64,000 bases of DNA, from assembly GCA_001771185.1 (NCBI GenBank), contig METB01000001.1, positions 186,631 to 250,630 of the forward strand. Reading direction: 5' to 3'. The stretch is from a candidate division Kazan bacterium RIFCSPHIGHO2_01_FULL_44_14 (lineage in GTDB: Bacteria; Patescibacteriota; Kazan-3B-28). Below are positions 35,989-46,387 of this stretch, in pieces. The notes beneath the pieces were generated by a model. That model had not been told where the DNA came from. It searched no databases and saw only the letters and a program-made list of their open reading frames with translations. Position 1 is the first letter of the stretch; each line of letters begins with the position of its first letter. A program made the translations under genes and the position numbers.

Positions 35989-37506
35989 ATGGGGGTTGTC
36001 ACATTAGCCAAAATCCAGAGTGCGGCAGTGCTGGGACTGTCGGCTGTGCCAGTAGAAGTTGAGGCGGACATTAGTAACGGTCTGCCGTTGTTTAAGATTG
36101 TCGGATTACCAGATAAGGCAGTCGAAGAGGCCAAAGAACGAGTTCGGTCGGCCATCAAAAACTCTGGACTGCACATGCCAGACAAACGGATTACGGTCAA
36201 CTTGGCACCAGCTGATGTCAAAAAAATTGGCCCGGCTTACGACCTACCGATTGCTATCGGGTTGTTGGTAGCTTCTGGCCAAATTACTTTACCGGACGAG
36301 AACTCAATTTTTATTGGTGAACTGGCTTTGAATGGTTCTGTCCGCCATACCAATGGAGTCCTAGCGATTGCCTCATTCGCCGTCAAACAGGGTCAAACAA
36401 CTTTCTATGTCCCCCATTCCAATGCGGATGAGGCCTCTTTAGTTCAAGGTGCGACCATAATTCCCATTGCTACTCTGAAAGACCTGATTTTACATTGCCG
36501 TCAGGAAAAAATAATTTTGCCATATCCGCACAAAGAAATTGTGCCAATCCCGCCAACTCCAATGTTTGATATGTGTCATATTGCCGGACAAGAACAGGCC
36601 AAACGGGCGCTAGAAATCGCGGCCGCTGGCGGACACAATATCCTGATGACTGGTCCACCCGGAAGTGGGAAAACGATGTTAGCCCAGGCCTTACCCGGGA
36701 TTTTACCGGATATGGCGACGGAAGAAATTTTAGAACTCACCAATATTCATAGCGTGGCGGGGATTTTAGGGAATCAACCGTTCGTGTCCACTCGCCCGTT
36801 CCGCAGTCCGCATCACACTTCGTCGTATGTCGCGCTGGTTGGTGGAGGCAATTGGCCTCAACCGGGTGAGGTCTCGTTGGCTCACCGCGGAGTATTGTTT
36901 TTAGACGAACTACCCGAGTTCCCCCGCCATGTATTAGAGGTCTTGCGCCAACCACTAGAAGAAGGGGCGGTCCATATTGCCCGCGCTGCCGGCAAGGTCT
37001 CGTTCCCAGCCAGATTTATGTTGGTCGCCGCCAAGAACCCCTGTCCGTGTGGTTATTACAATGATCCAGAAAGACAATGCACTTGTTCTGCTGGACAAAT
37101 CGAATCATACAACCGTCGTATCTCGGGGCCACTGCTAGATAGAATTGATATTCACATTGAAGTTCCGCGAGTAGAATATGAAAAACTCCGCCGACCAGTT
37201 GAGGCCGAGCCATCAATCGCAGTTCGGGAGCGGGTTAGTTCGGCCAGAGCCATTCAAGCCAAGCGATTTATCAACTCCCCCACCCTGACCAATACCGAGA
37301 TGTCCACGGATGAATTAAAAGCGTTTTGCGCGTTAGATGAAGCAGGGGAGAGTTTACTAGAAAGTGCGGTACGAACTTATTTTCTGTCGCCCCGCAGTTA
37401 CACCCGAATATTAAAATTGGCCCGCACCATTGCCGACCTCGATGGTTCCCATACCATTCAACCTCAACATCTCGCCGAAGCCATCCGGTATAAAATTGTG
37501 GAATAA
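35989..37506 (+). CDS. YifB/ComM-family Mg-chelatase-like AAA+ ATPase.
   Basis: N-terminal Lon-protease-like domain; Walker A LMTGPPGSGKTMLAQAL; Walker B VLFLDELPEF; a C-terminal zinc-ribbon-like CPCGYYNDPERQCTC. Confidence 0.9.
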   Translation: MGVVTLAKIQSAAVLGLSAVPVEVEADISNGLPLFKIVGLPDKAVEEAKERVRSAIKNSGLHMPDKRITVNLAPADVKKIGPAYDLPIAIGLLVASGQITLPDENSIFIGELALNGSVRHTNGVLAIASFAVKQGQTTFYVPHSNADEASLVQGATIIPIATLKDLILHCRQEKIILPYPHKEIVPIPPTPMFDMCHIAGQEQAKRALEIAAAGGHNILMTGPPGSGKTMLAQALPGILPDMATEEILELTNIHSVAGILGNQPFVSTRPFRSPHHTSSYVALVGGGNWPQPGEVSLAHRGVLFLDELPEFPRHVLEVLRQPLEEGAVHIARAAGKVSFPARFMLVAAKNPCPCGYYNDPERQCTCSAGQIESYNRRISGPLLDRIDIHIEVPRVEYEKLRRPVEAEPSIAVRERVSSARAIQAKRFINSPTLTNTEMSTDELKAFCALDEAGESLLESAVRTYFLSPRSYTRILKLARTIADLDGSHTIQPQHLAEAIRYKIVE

Positions 37507-37655
37507 TTCTTGCAATATACAGAACGGCCGTTCATCTAATTGCAAGTTTGTTTTGCCTATTGGCACGAAATAATAATAAAACGGGTCCTCGCCCCTTCCC
37601 CTACCATCTCGTCGAAGCGATAAGATATAAGATTATGGAATGAAAAATGGTCGCT

Positions 37656-38612
37656 TTAAGCGACCATTTTACTTCTAAAGAGCATTAAAGCGTTAACAAC
37701 AGAAGAAGTTGTTAACAACGGTTTTTTGTAGTCCGCATTAATGTGCTGCACATAACGCGGGTCGACAGAATCATGATACGGAACACCCAGAATCGGAAGT
37801 GCTCGCCACGAACCGTCTATCCTTTGACTACCGATCAGGCAATCAATCAACGACTTCTCTACCGCATCGTACTTGGCGTCGTTCATCAATGTGATGGCAA
37901 TGATAGCCATCGCAGTAACCAACGGGTGGTGAAGTATTTCCCAATCGAGTTCCGATTTGGATGTTGAAATTGGCAATGGTGGTAATTGAGACAACCGGAT
38001 ACCAGATTCAATGGCGAAGGTCGCAGCAGTTACTGGCGACCAGTACCAATAGTTGCGATATCCGTTTTCACGAACATGCGACAAGATATACTGTTCCGTG
38101 GTTCCCAACAGATCACCTGCGCCGGGTTCGTTAGCTTGAAGTGTCGTAAGTTTTCTTAGGTTGGTCACGATTTCCGGGTGAGAACTAACCCACCCTTCAA
38201 CCGATTTACCTGGACAAAGTGCCGTTGCATCAGCTAGAGTGTAGGTTCCAAATCCTCCATCTGTATGTTGGATATCACGCAGATTATTTAAATCCACAAC
38301 GACATCGCCCCAGCCATGCAGAAACCTAGCAACTTCCAACGTAGAATCCAAATCACTTACTACCCGGTCATTGTACCCCCAACCACTCCCATAATGGGGA
38401 TGTGGCTGTCGCCGGCTTAGCAGAAACTTCCGAGCGTTGCTGTGTGCGGACTGAAAAATCTTTGGCAGACGATTGCCTACCCACGCAGTAGTCCATGCCT
38501 GTGCCGGACCATGGCGAAAGCCAAAGTCCGCGCACCAACTTCCGTCTGACTCTTGTGAAGCCAACAGGAAATCAGTGCCTTTTTCAATTGCGCCTTGTAA
38601 TGCCGTGAGCAT
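37656..38612 (-). CDS. Prenyltransferase / squalene-oxidase-repeat (alpha/alpha-toroid) protein.
   Basis: Repeated xxDGSW / DGGFG units (FLLASQESDGSWCADFGF; IQHTDGGFGTY; GSQRIDGSWRAL) typical of terpene-cyclase / prenyltransferase beta-subunit repeats. Confidence 0.45.
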   Translation of the reverse strand: MLTALQGAIEKGTDFLLASQESDGSWCADFGFRHGPAQAWTTAWVGNRLPKIFQSAHSNARKFLLSRRQPHPHYGSGWGYNDRVVSDLDSTLEVARFLHGWGDVVVDLNNLRDIQHTDGGFGTYTLADATALCPGKSVEGWVSSHPEIVTNLRKLTTLQANEPGAGDLLGTTEQYILSHVRENGYRNYWYWSPVTAATFAIESGIRLSQLPPLPISTSKSELDWEILHHPLVTAMAIIAITLMNDAKYDAVEKSLIDCLIGSQRIDGSWRALPILGVPYHDSVDPRYVQHINADYKKPLLTTSSVVNALMLFRSKMVA

Positions 38613-38881
38613 TATTTCCTCCTGTAGTAGTGCATCTGCCAGACCAGACCAGCTGACAAAATGAATCCCGGGATATCAGCGGTGATAATAAACACATCGT
38701 GTTTGACCAACCCGTAGGTACCCCAAAAAAAATAAATGACAGCAACTGACCATGCTAGATCGGGCGAGAGGCCTTCGTAACTCTTCCGCTTCCAGTTGAG
38801 CCAAATTTGCTTCGGAAGACCCCAAACAATAATAGTTAGCGACGCGATGGCCGCTAGAGTACCGAAAAATGACACCATCAC
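38612..38881 (-). CDS. Small three-helix membrane protein, SemiSWEET/PQ-loop-like.
   Basis: 89 aa. LPKQIWLNWKRKSYEGLS resembles the PQ-loop motif of SemiSWEET transporters. A good AAGGAGG RBS lies upstream. Confidence 0.4.
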   Translation of the reverse strand: MMVSFFGTLAAIASLTIIVWGLPKQIWLNWKRKSYEGLSPDLAWSVAVIYFFWGTYGLVKHDVFIITADIPGFILSAGLVWQMHYYRRK

Positions 38882-39283
38882 TGGAGTCCTCCTTTTTCAA
38901 ATTGTCAGGGTGCCTACGCCCCCTGCTACCCGCACTATACTTCAATGTTAAAAAATCCGCAACTAGCGCGGGTTTTGCTCCCTGCCATAAGAGAAGGGCT
39001 GTCTTTTTGTTTTTTTGGCCCTAGGACAAGGACTGTTCTGAACTGAACTAAATCTCGGCGGGTGGAGCCGCATGTTTGATCCCGGCTTGCCGGGAGAGTT
39101 CGGCGGGAACACCCAGAGATTTAGTCAGTGAATAAGTCCGAGGACATTGGCCAGCGGTTTACCCCGCTTTGCCAAGACAAAGCGGGAACGGGTCGAGCGC
39201 CGTTATGCGCTCGGAAACAAAAAAAGAAACATTTCTGTTTCTTTCTGGATCCGTCAGCTGACGGATGACGACAAAAAATAGAC

Positions 39284-39592
39284 CTAATTAAACAACCGTC
39301 CCGCGGAGAGTATCCACTGCGTCAATGCAGTATGTTCGACTGTCCACTTGGCCACAAACAGCAAGGCCGTCATTGATACAAGTAATGGGACCAACACCAC
39401 CAAATCCCGCTTGACCGTCGTATGACTATTATTAGCAATCATTTCAGCCGATGGCTCTTTGGCTATAATTGGTGACTGAACAGACGAATCCGCCAGCTGG
39501 CGGACCGCTGTAGGAGCGGATGTATTAGCGGTTTGATGCAAGGCCTGAAGTCGCTGTAACTCTTTCAGTTTTTTGAGATGTTTATTGGACAT
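39284..39592 (-). CDS. Hypothetical small protein with a C-terminal TM helix.
   Basis: ORF only; no motif. Confidence 0.3.
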   Translation of the reverse strand: MSNKHLKKLKELQRLQALHQTANTSAPTAVRQLADSSVQSPIIAKEPSAEMIANNSHTTVKRDLVVLVPLLVSMTALLFVAKWTVEHTALTQWILSAGRLFN

Positions 39593-40183
39593 AATTTCTT
39601 TTATCTGTCATCCCCAACTTGATTGGGGATCCAGACAGAGACACAAACACTTTTCTGTTATTTTCTGGATTCCCTCCGCCAGTTGGCGGATTCGCGGGAA
39701 TGACAAAAAGTATAACTGGATGACGGACAAAATGGATTGAGCGCAGAGTACCCGCGACGGATTCTGCCGTTCGGCAGAACTTTCAGCCCACCTTGTCCTG
39801 CTGGACAGCAGGACGGTCCAACCCCGAAGGGGCCCTGGAATCTTTGGCGCATAATCCCCGCGACGACCTACTTTTGCAGGACCTTGCGGTCCAACTATCA
39901 TCGGCGCTGAGGAGCTTAACTGCTCTGTTCGAGATGGGAAGAGGTGTGACCTCCTCGCTATCATCACGGAGATTATAAGCCAAAGAATCTTACTAGGGTG
40001 CTGTTCGAGATGGGAATTCTGCTGTACAGCAGAATCCGGTATCATCACGAGCCTGCCCGCCAAAGTGATATCTATATTTAAAGTGGCTAATGACCTATTT
40101 TGAATGAGATTGAACGACGGCGGGAACTCTAAACTCAATGGGATAGATCCTGAAACAAGTTCAGGATGACATTTGTAAAAGTA

Positions 40184-40480
40184 CTATTTTTTATCAGGAA
40201 CGAAAAACTCGCGCAATTGCTTCATGTTATCTTCCAACGACAACATCAGCATCAATTGTTCGGCTACTGCCAAAAATAGAATCGTGTACAGTACGCTGGC
40301 CAGCAGAATGCCTAGCGCAGTAATCCACGCCGAACCATTCGTCATTTGAATACCGTAAGTAGACAAAACATTGGGACTAAATATTGCCACGCCGGCTAGA
40401 ATAATTCCACTCGCAAACACTAGCCAACCGATAACGCGCAACACATAAACGAGAGTCCGTAACATTTTGAACTTTTTCAT
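40184..40480 (-). CDS. Hypothetical small membrane protein. Start taken at the internal ATG (MKKFKM), because the longer ORF would overlap the 23S 3' processing stem.
   Basis: Two or three hydrophobic helices. Confidence 0.4.
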   Translation of the reverse strand: MKKFKMLRTLVYVLRVIGWLVFASGIILAGVAIFSPNVLSTYGIQMTNGSAWITALGILLASVLYTILFLAVAEQLMLMLSLEDNMKQLREFFVPDKK

Positions 40481-40740
40481 AAAATCTGAAAGTAAAATTA
40501 TTAACTTACAAGATAAAGATAACCGAAAAATTGTTTTTAGGCAAAATCCGACTCGCTTAAATCGTCGATCTAAAGTATGCATGGCACCGGTCTCCGAAAA
40601 CGGAGAACGAGTGTAAGTAATTAACTTATTAGTACGACTCGGCTGAATCCCTTACGGGACTTACACCTGTCGCCTATCAACCAAGTGGTCTCCTTGGAGT
40701 TTCTTTCCCTTGCGGGTATTTGGAAATCTATCTTGGAGTG

Positions 40741-40773
<33 letters not shown>

Positions 40774-40915
40774 CTTCCATACGTAGCTACCCGACGATGC
40801 GCTTGGTAGCACAGCCGGTACACCAGAGGTATGTTCGCTGAGGTCCTCTCGTACTATCAGTGACTCTCCTCAAATTTCCTTCGTCCACAGCAGATAGAGA
40901 CCGAACTGTCTCACG

Positions 40916-41659
40916 CATGATAATCCATTATTACTAATGGCATAGACTATATCTTCATCCTTTCCGCCCACCGGCGGAGGAGGAGGTGGCGTGTGATTCT
41001 GCGCTACGGCAAAATCTCATCAGTTGTTCTTGCTTTGAACAATTGAATCAGTCGTTACGGGGAACAAGATGATGTGTTTGCAGAAATTGTTTGACCGTTG
41101 CTTGCGTGGTCGTGCGTTTCTTTGAGTAATTATACTTTGCGGTTTCATCCACTAGAGTCGCTCTAGCAAGCAACTCTTGGGGAGTGATTCTCTGGTATGA
41201 AGAACCAATGCCCTTAACGCATAAATCAATAACCTTCTGCGCTAGGACTTGTTTCAGTTGCAGATATGGCAACAATTTGGTTAAAACTTCGTAGACCGGC
41301 TGATACCCAACAATCGTGTATTCAGCCATCTGATCATTACGAACACGAACATATCCATGTTTCAGGTGGCCCTTAAGCCATTCGAGAAAGTGTTTTCTGT
41401 CTTCTTTTTGATAAAAGACAATGCTGACTCGAATCTGATAGCCGTGGACATATCCACTCCGTTTCACCAGTTGCGCCATAATGCAACCATCTCCATCCAA
41501 AAATCCTGCAATGTAAGCAAGTAATGTTTCTGCCATTATCTTGATCTTCCCTCGGGGTTACCCTTTTTCCGTTCGGTAGGAAAGTAGGGTTTCTCCGATA
41601 CAGCCACATTTATTGTACCGCATTTCTGCGGTAGAACGCAATGTGATTTACGTTCTGAA
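40916..41659 (-). mobile_element. Group I-type intron (744 nt) in 23S domain V, inserted between ...GGGTTCAGAACGT and CGTGAGACAGTTCGG (the E. coli ~2586-2593 region), encoding a LAGLIDADG homing endonuclease.
   Basis: Flanking exon sequences align to E. coli ...UAGAACGU|CGUGAGACAGUUCGG; the 5' exon ends in U, the insert ends in G, and it contains the 41048-41536 ORF. Confidence 0.75.
41048..41536 (-). CDS. LAGLIDADG homing endonuclease (single-motif, I-CreI-like size).
   Basis: MAETLLAYIAGFLDGDGCI... motif; 162 aa; located wholly inside the 23S intron. Confidence 0.85.
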   Translation of the reverse strand: MAETLLAYIAGFLDGDGCIMAQLVKRSGYVHGYQIRVSIVFYQKEDRKHFLEWLKGHLKHGYVRVRNDQMAEYTIVGYQPVYEVLTKLLPYLQLKQVLAQKVIDLCVKGIGSSYQRITPQELLARATLVDETAKYNYSKKRTTTQATVKQFLQTHHLVPRND

Positions 41660-41672
41660 CCCAGCTCGCGTG

Positions 41673-41704
<32 letters not shown>

Positions 41705-41718
41705 AACCTGCTCCAGCT

Positions 41719-41749
<31 letters not shown>

Positions 41750-41781
41750 AAACCGCTTCGTCGATATGGACTCTTGGAAGC

Positions 41782-41813
<32 letters not shown>

Positions 41814-42291
41814 TCGTTGAGCTTCGGCGCACCCATGTGCAACCGTCGGATCACTATATCCTGCTTTCGCATCTGCTTGACTTGTAGGTCTCGCAGTTAA
41901 GCTCCCATATACTATTGCGCTATCGTCCCGATTTCCATCCGGGACTAGGGAACCTTTGAACGCCTCCGTTACTTTTTAGGAGGCAACCGCCCCAGTTAAA
42001 CTACCCACCAAACGCTGTCCTCCTGCCAGATAATGGCTAGGAGTTAGAATTAAAAATGCATCAGGGTGGTATTTCACCGTTGACTCGCTGATGGCTAGCG
42101 CCACCAGGTCATTGTCTCCCACCTATCCTACACAAATAAATCTCTAACCCAACGCCAGGTTGTAGTAAAGCTCCACGGGGTCTTTTTGTCTTGCTGCGGA
42201 TAGCCGGCATCTTCACCGGCAATGTAGTTTCGCCGAGTCCCTCTTTGAGACAGTCATCAGACCGTTACGCTATTCGTGCGGGTCGGAACTT

Positions 42292-42578
42292 CATGTTAAC
42301 TCTATTTTTCAATAGAGATCAGACTATACCTTCATCTTGTCGCAAACCGTAGGAGATCGTTTTCGCGATATCCATAGTTTGTTTGCTAGACAAGAGCTGA
42401 CGTGTTGTTCCGCTTTACAGCAGAACCTCGCCTTTCGGCTCAGTCGTTACGGGTCACCTTAATTATAAGGTGTTCCCTCGGTATTAGCATATCCCCATAG
42501 CATAAGGATTTAGCTTTCACCGATATGAGTCAGTTTGCTTTGTAGTGTTACCACTACATTCGGGCAAGTTTCCCACCT
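42292..42578 (-). mobile_element. ORF-less intron-like insertion (287 nt) in 23S at the position equivalent to E. coli ~1931 (GUCGGGU | AAGUUCCGACC).
   Basis: Exon sequence is continuous with E. coli after removing the insert; the insert ends ...GTTAACATG (3' G) and follows an exon U. Confidence 0.6.
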
Positions 42579-42598
42579 ACCCGACAAGGAATTTCGCT

Positions 42599-42787
42599 CT
42601 TAGATTCCTTACACTAAGGACCATGTCTTCACCCCGATTAGTCGGGGGCGTGGTGTATGGCCTCTTGTAGCCACGTATGGACTTTCTTTATGTTGCCATA
42701 AAGTAAGGTAGCATTTTGCGAGTTATCGTATCGCTTATAACAGTCCCAGTCCTTCTCGATTTAACAATTTTAATTGTTCAACCGAGA
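42599..42787 (-). mobile_element. Short intron-like insertion (189 nt) in 23S at the position equivalent to E. coli ~1917 (GGUCCUAAGGU | AGCGAAAUUCC), 20 nt upstream of the previous one.
   Basis: The exon 20-mer AGCGAAATTCCTTGTCGGGT separates the two inserts. The insert contains an exon-mimic GGTCCTTAGTGTAAGGAATCTAAG near its 3' end. It is short for a group I intron, so its class is uncertain. Confidence 0.5.
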
Positions 42788-42823
<36 letters not shown>

Positions 42824-42973
42824 AGGGCTTAGTGTCAGAGCTTCGCCTTGCGGCTAACCCCTCTACGTGACCTTCTGGCACCGGGCAAGCGTCAGTCCCT
42901 ATACTTCCTCTTTCGAGTTAGCAGAGACCTGTGTTTTTGCTAAACAGTCGCCTGATGTCTTTAGCTGCGGCCC

Positions 42974-43105
42974 ACCTCACGCTCCGCGTGAGGAAATCTA
43001 ACCAATTTATTCCAATTTATTCCAACCTTCGCCAATTTATTTTCATAGATTGGTAAGATTGGTGAGATTGTTTAGATTGACTAAATTTACTCGTGCGAAG
43101 CACGA
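42974..43105. repeat. Hairpin intervening-sequence element in 23S helix 63, same family as the rnpB inserts.
   Basis: On the rRNA strand: CGTGCTTCGCACG, then an AT-rich segment (CCAATCTTACCAATCTA..TAAATTGGCGAAGGTTGGAATAAATTGGA) about 90% identical to 10200-10290, then CCTCACGCGGAGCGTGAGG. Replaces the E. coli helix-63 variable region. Confidence 0.75.
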
Positions 43106-43740
43106 TGTGGGCAGTCCTTATTCCGAAGTTACGGACGCTATTTTGCCGAGTTCCTTAAAGAGGGTTCTCTCGTGCGCCTGAGGCTACTCGCCCTATCCAC
43201 CTGTGTCGGTTTAGGTACGGATGCTTAATATTCTCGTTAGAGGTTTTTCTGGTCAAATTAGATCAGCCAAGTCGTATTGTCCCGAAGAACTCAACTTCCA
43301 TTCGTAGCTCACGGTTGCTCAATAAATTGAACAGTCCCCCGGATTTGCCAAAGGGACCCCATTAACTACTTAGACCAAGAAACCTATCTTGGCTCGGCCT
43401 ACCAACTTGCGTCGCCCCATCACTAGACGTGCAGACCGGTAAAGTCAGCATCCAGCCTACCTTTCGGCAGGTTGATCATCTGATCTACCAATTTGCTTGT
43501 CTTGGGCGAATATCAAGCAGTACAGGAATATTAACCTGTTGTCCATCGCCTACGCCTTGCGGCCTCGGCTTAGGACCGACTAACCCTGGGACGAAAACCG
43601 TTACCCAGGAAACCTCGGATAAATCGGCGTCAAGGTTTTTCACCTTGATCTCGCTACTCGTGCCAACATTCTCACTTCTGCGCGCTCCACCCAACCTCAC
43701 AGTTAAGCTTCACTGCTGCGCAGAACGCTCCCCTACCACA

Positions 43741-43893
43741 CCACTGCTACGCAGTGGAAGCACTAAATCCTAATTACTAAATTCTAAACAAGCCCCAAAT
43801 CCTAATGTCCCAAAAAATGTTTGGAAAATTGAATCATTGGAATTTGTTTAGAGTTTATGATTTCGAATTTCGTATTTCCATTGCGGAGCAATG
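43741..43893. repeat. Hairpin intervening-sequence element in 23S helix 45.
   Basis: CCACTGCTACGCAGTGG, an AT-rich palindrome, CCATTGCGGAGCAATGG. Inserted between ...GATACCGAAGATGCGGATG and TGTGGTAGGGGAGCGTTCTG (E. coli ~1164-1185). Confidence 0.75.
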
Positions 43894-43979
43894 GCATCCG
43901 CATCTTCGGTATCTAGCTTAGCCCCGTTACATTTTCGGCGCAGACACACATCGACCAGTGAGCTATTACGCTATCTTTA

Positions 43980-44010
<31 letters not shown>

Positions 44011-44518
44011 TTGTTAATGTGTCTCCACTTCCTTTCACACTTAGCTAGATTTAGGGACCTTAGATGGCGGTTTGGGCTGTTTCCCTTTCGACATACGACG
44101 CTTAGCCGCCGTTTTCTGACTCCCATGCTTTAACCAGACAGTATTCGGAGTTTAATTGGATGCGGTACGGTAAACCGCCCGAATCCATTCAGTAGCTCTA
44201 CCACTGCTGGGAACGCTATGAGGCTATACCTAAATATATTTCGGGGAGAACCAGCTATCTCCGGGTTCGATTGGAATTTCTCCGCTAACCACAGCTCATC
44301 ACCCCACTTTTCAACGTAGGTGTGTGCGGCCCTCCACTGCTTCTTAGGGCAGCTTCAGCCTGGCCATAGTTAGGTCACCCGGTTTCGGGTCTAATCCCTG
44401 CTACTTCAGTCGCGCTATTCGCACTTGCTTTCGCTTCGGATACGGATTAAAAATCCTTATCCTTGCAACAGAAATTAACTCGTTGGCTCATTCTACAAAA
44501 GGCACGCCGTCACCCCAT

Positions 44519-44676
44519 CAGCACACAATGCTGGATGAAATAACCAAATTCCAAATCACAAATCACAAACAAACTCCAAATTTAAATTTCTAAACAAAAA
44601 AAACAGAAAAATTATTATCTGGTGCTCATTTGATGATTGATTATTGGCGTTTGGTTACTCCAGCACTCTGTGCTGG
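44519..44676. repeat. Hairpin intervening-sequence element in 23S helix 25.
   Basis: AGCACAGAGTGCT, an AT-rich low-complexity palindrome, AGCATTGTGTGCT. Inserted just 5' of GGCGTGCCTTTTGTA (E. coli ~530-545). Confidence 0.7.
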
Positions 44677-44739
44677 CGGGGCTCCGACTTTTAATCGGGC
44701 ATTCGGTTTCAGGTACTATTTCACTCCCCTCACAGGGGG

Positions 44740-44779
<40 letters not shown>

Positions 44780-46062
44780 GAGAAATGATATTTAGCCTTA
44801 CCAGATGGTCCTGGCACATTCCGGCAGGATTTCACGGGTCCCACCGTACTTAAGAAATAATGTTCAGAGTGATTTTCTTTTCGCTTACGGGACTTTCACC
44901 CACTATGGTTGCCCTTTCCAGAGACCTTCAGCTAAGAAAATCATTGTTAACTCCTAATTTGGTCTACCGCCCAAAAATACATCACCCTTATAACCCTCTC
45001 CTACACAACGCCAGTAGGCTTTAACATGTAAGAAAGTTTAGACTCTTCCCTTTTCGCTCGCCACTACTTAGGGAATAACATTTGTTCTATTTTCCTCGTG
45101 CTAATAAGATGTTTCAGTTCACACGGTTCCCTCCTCATTGTCTATGTATTCAACAATGGGTTCCCGCCAATTCAAAGCTTGTATATCGCTACTACCCATT
45201 CGACTAATCAACTAATTATTTATCGATTGGAATGTTTGATACACCAGCCCTAAATTGGCGGGAGGATTGCTCCATTCGGACATCCCCGGATCACAGGTTG
45301 TTTGACACCTACCCGAGGCTTATCGCAGTCTACTACGTCCTTCTTCGGTCATTTCTCCCAAGGCATCCACCGCATGCCCTTGAGTAACTTACGCTCGTTT
45401 CTCCAAGAGACGAGTGCCTTGCACTTTAAATCGACGATTCAAGAAAGCGATTTTGCTTTCTTTATCTTTCTTTTCTTTCAGTGCATGTTGTCAACGAACT
45501 AAAAAATTCAAAGAATAACTGGAAGGGGCTAAAAAAATGATAATCCCTCGGCGCTGCTCGGGGTAAATTTTACTGCGTAAAAATTAAAAAGCAGGGCGTT
45601 CATCCCTGCTTGAAGTCAACAGTTAACGGATGAACTTAGATTTGAAGCGAATTTTGTAAATATAAAATAGCCAAGTCGTCTAGGCCAGAAGTTAAATTGG
45701 ATATTAGTTTCCTCAAAAGCTTATAAATAGTGTTATATGTGGTCTCACCAAAGTGGCAGAAGCACTAGTTGCAACGATACTATATATACCAGTTGCCCGC
45801 AAGAGATATTTTGCCATTCTGACCTGGAATAGTCAACCCCGTAGAGAATTTTGGACAGGCGCCTCTTGCCGGGTGCCTCCTGATACCAATCATCCAAAAT
45901 CTTCTACAGGGTCAAGGGGGGCCTGTCAATGGGTTATAATCAGGTTATAACTCCTATTCGTCCCGCCTGCCCCGTGCGAATGAAATGAGTCCTTCGGGGT
46001 TAGAAATCACCTACCGGGATAATCGAGGAACGGATAGAAGTAATTCATAAATATACGCTAGG

Positions 46063-46347
46063 TTGATTTTCAACTGGATGGAAGACCTCAAAACCACTCT
46101 TAAACAGGTTCAGCCCAAGACCCGCAATCCCCACCTCCATTCCGAGCTTCATATGCTAGTCGATGAGGTGCGTCGTCGGTTCGGTGAAACCGCCCAAAAA
46201 GGGCCTGGTTCATTCTCTTTTTATCTGGGATTCTTCAAGCGACTTGGGACCCAAAAAATCCGCCAGATTTTGGGTGAGATTAATGAGTCCAATGTGAGTG
46301 ATCCGAAACGACTCTTCTGGTGGAAAATTAAGCAAGAATCAAAGTAA
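46063..46347 (+). CDS. Hypothetical small basic protein upstream of def.
   Basis: ORF only (94 aa, or 89 from MEDLK). Confidence 0.35.
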   Translation: MIFNWMEDLKTTLKQVQPKTRNPHLHSELHMLVDEVRRRFGETAQKGPGSFSFYLGFFKRLGTQKIRQILGEINESNVSDPKRLFWWKIKQESK

Positions 46348-46387
46348 GTTGCGTAAACGACTATTTATTAGTAGAGTACGAACAATT

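Noticed and set aside
39600-40183. tmRNA (ssrA) or 5S rRNA in the non-coding stretch next to the 23S gene.
   Set aside because: No T-loop (GTTCRANYC) plus CCA tRNA-like end, no 5S-like conserved blocks, and no tag-peptide ORF ending in ..ALAA could be found on either strand by eye. A covariance-model search is still warranted.
45441-46062. 16S or 5S rRNA upstream of the 23S gene.
   Set aside because: The sequence shows none of the universally conserved SSU or 5S blocks. It contains only promoter-like AT-rich DNA, a partial MITE terminal repeat (GGGGTTAGAAATCACCTACCGGG) and small spurious ORFs.
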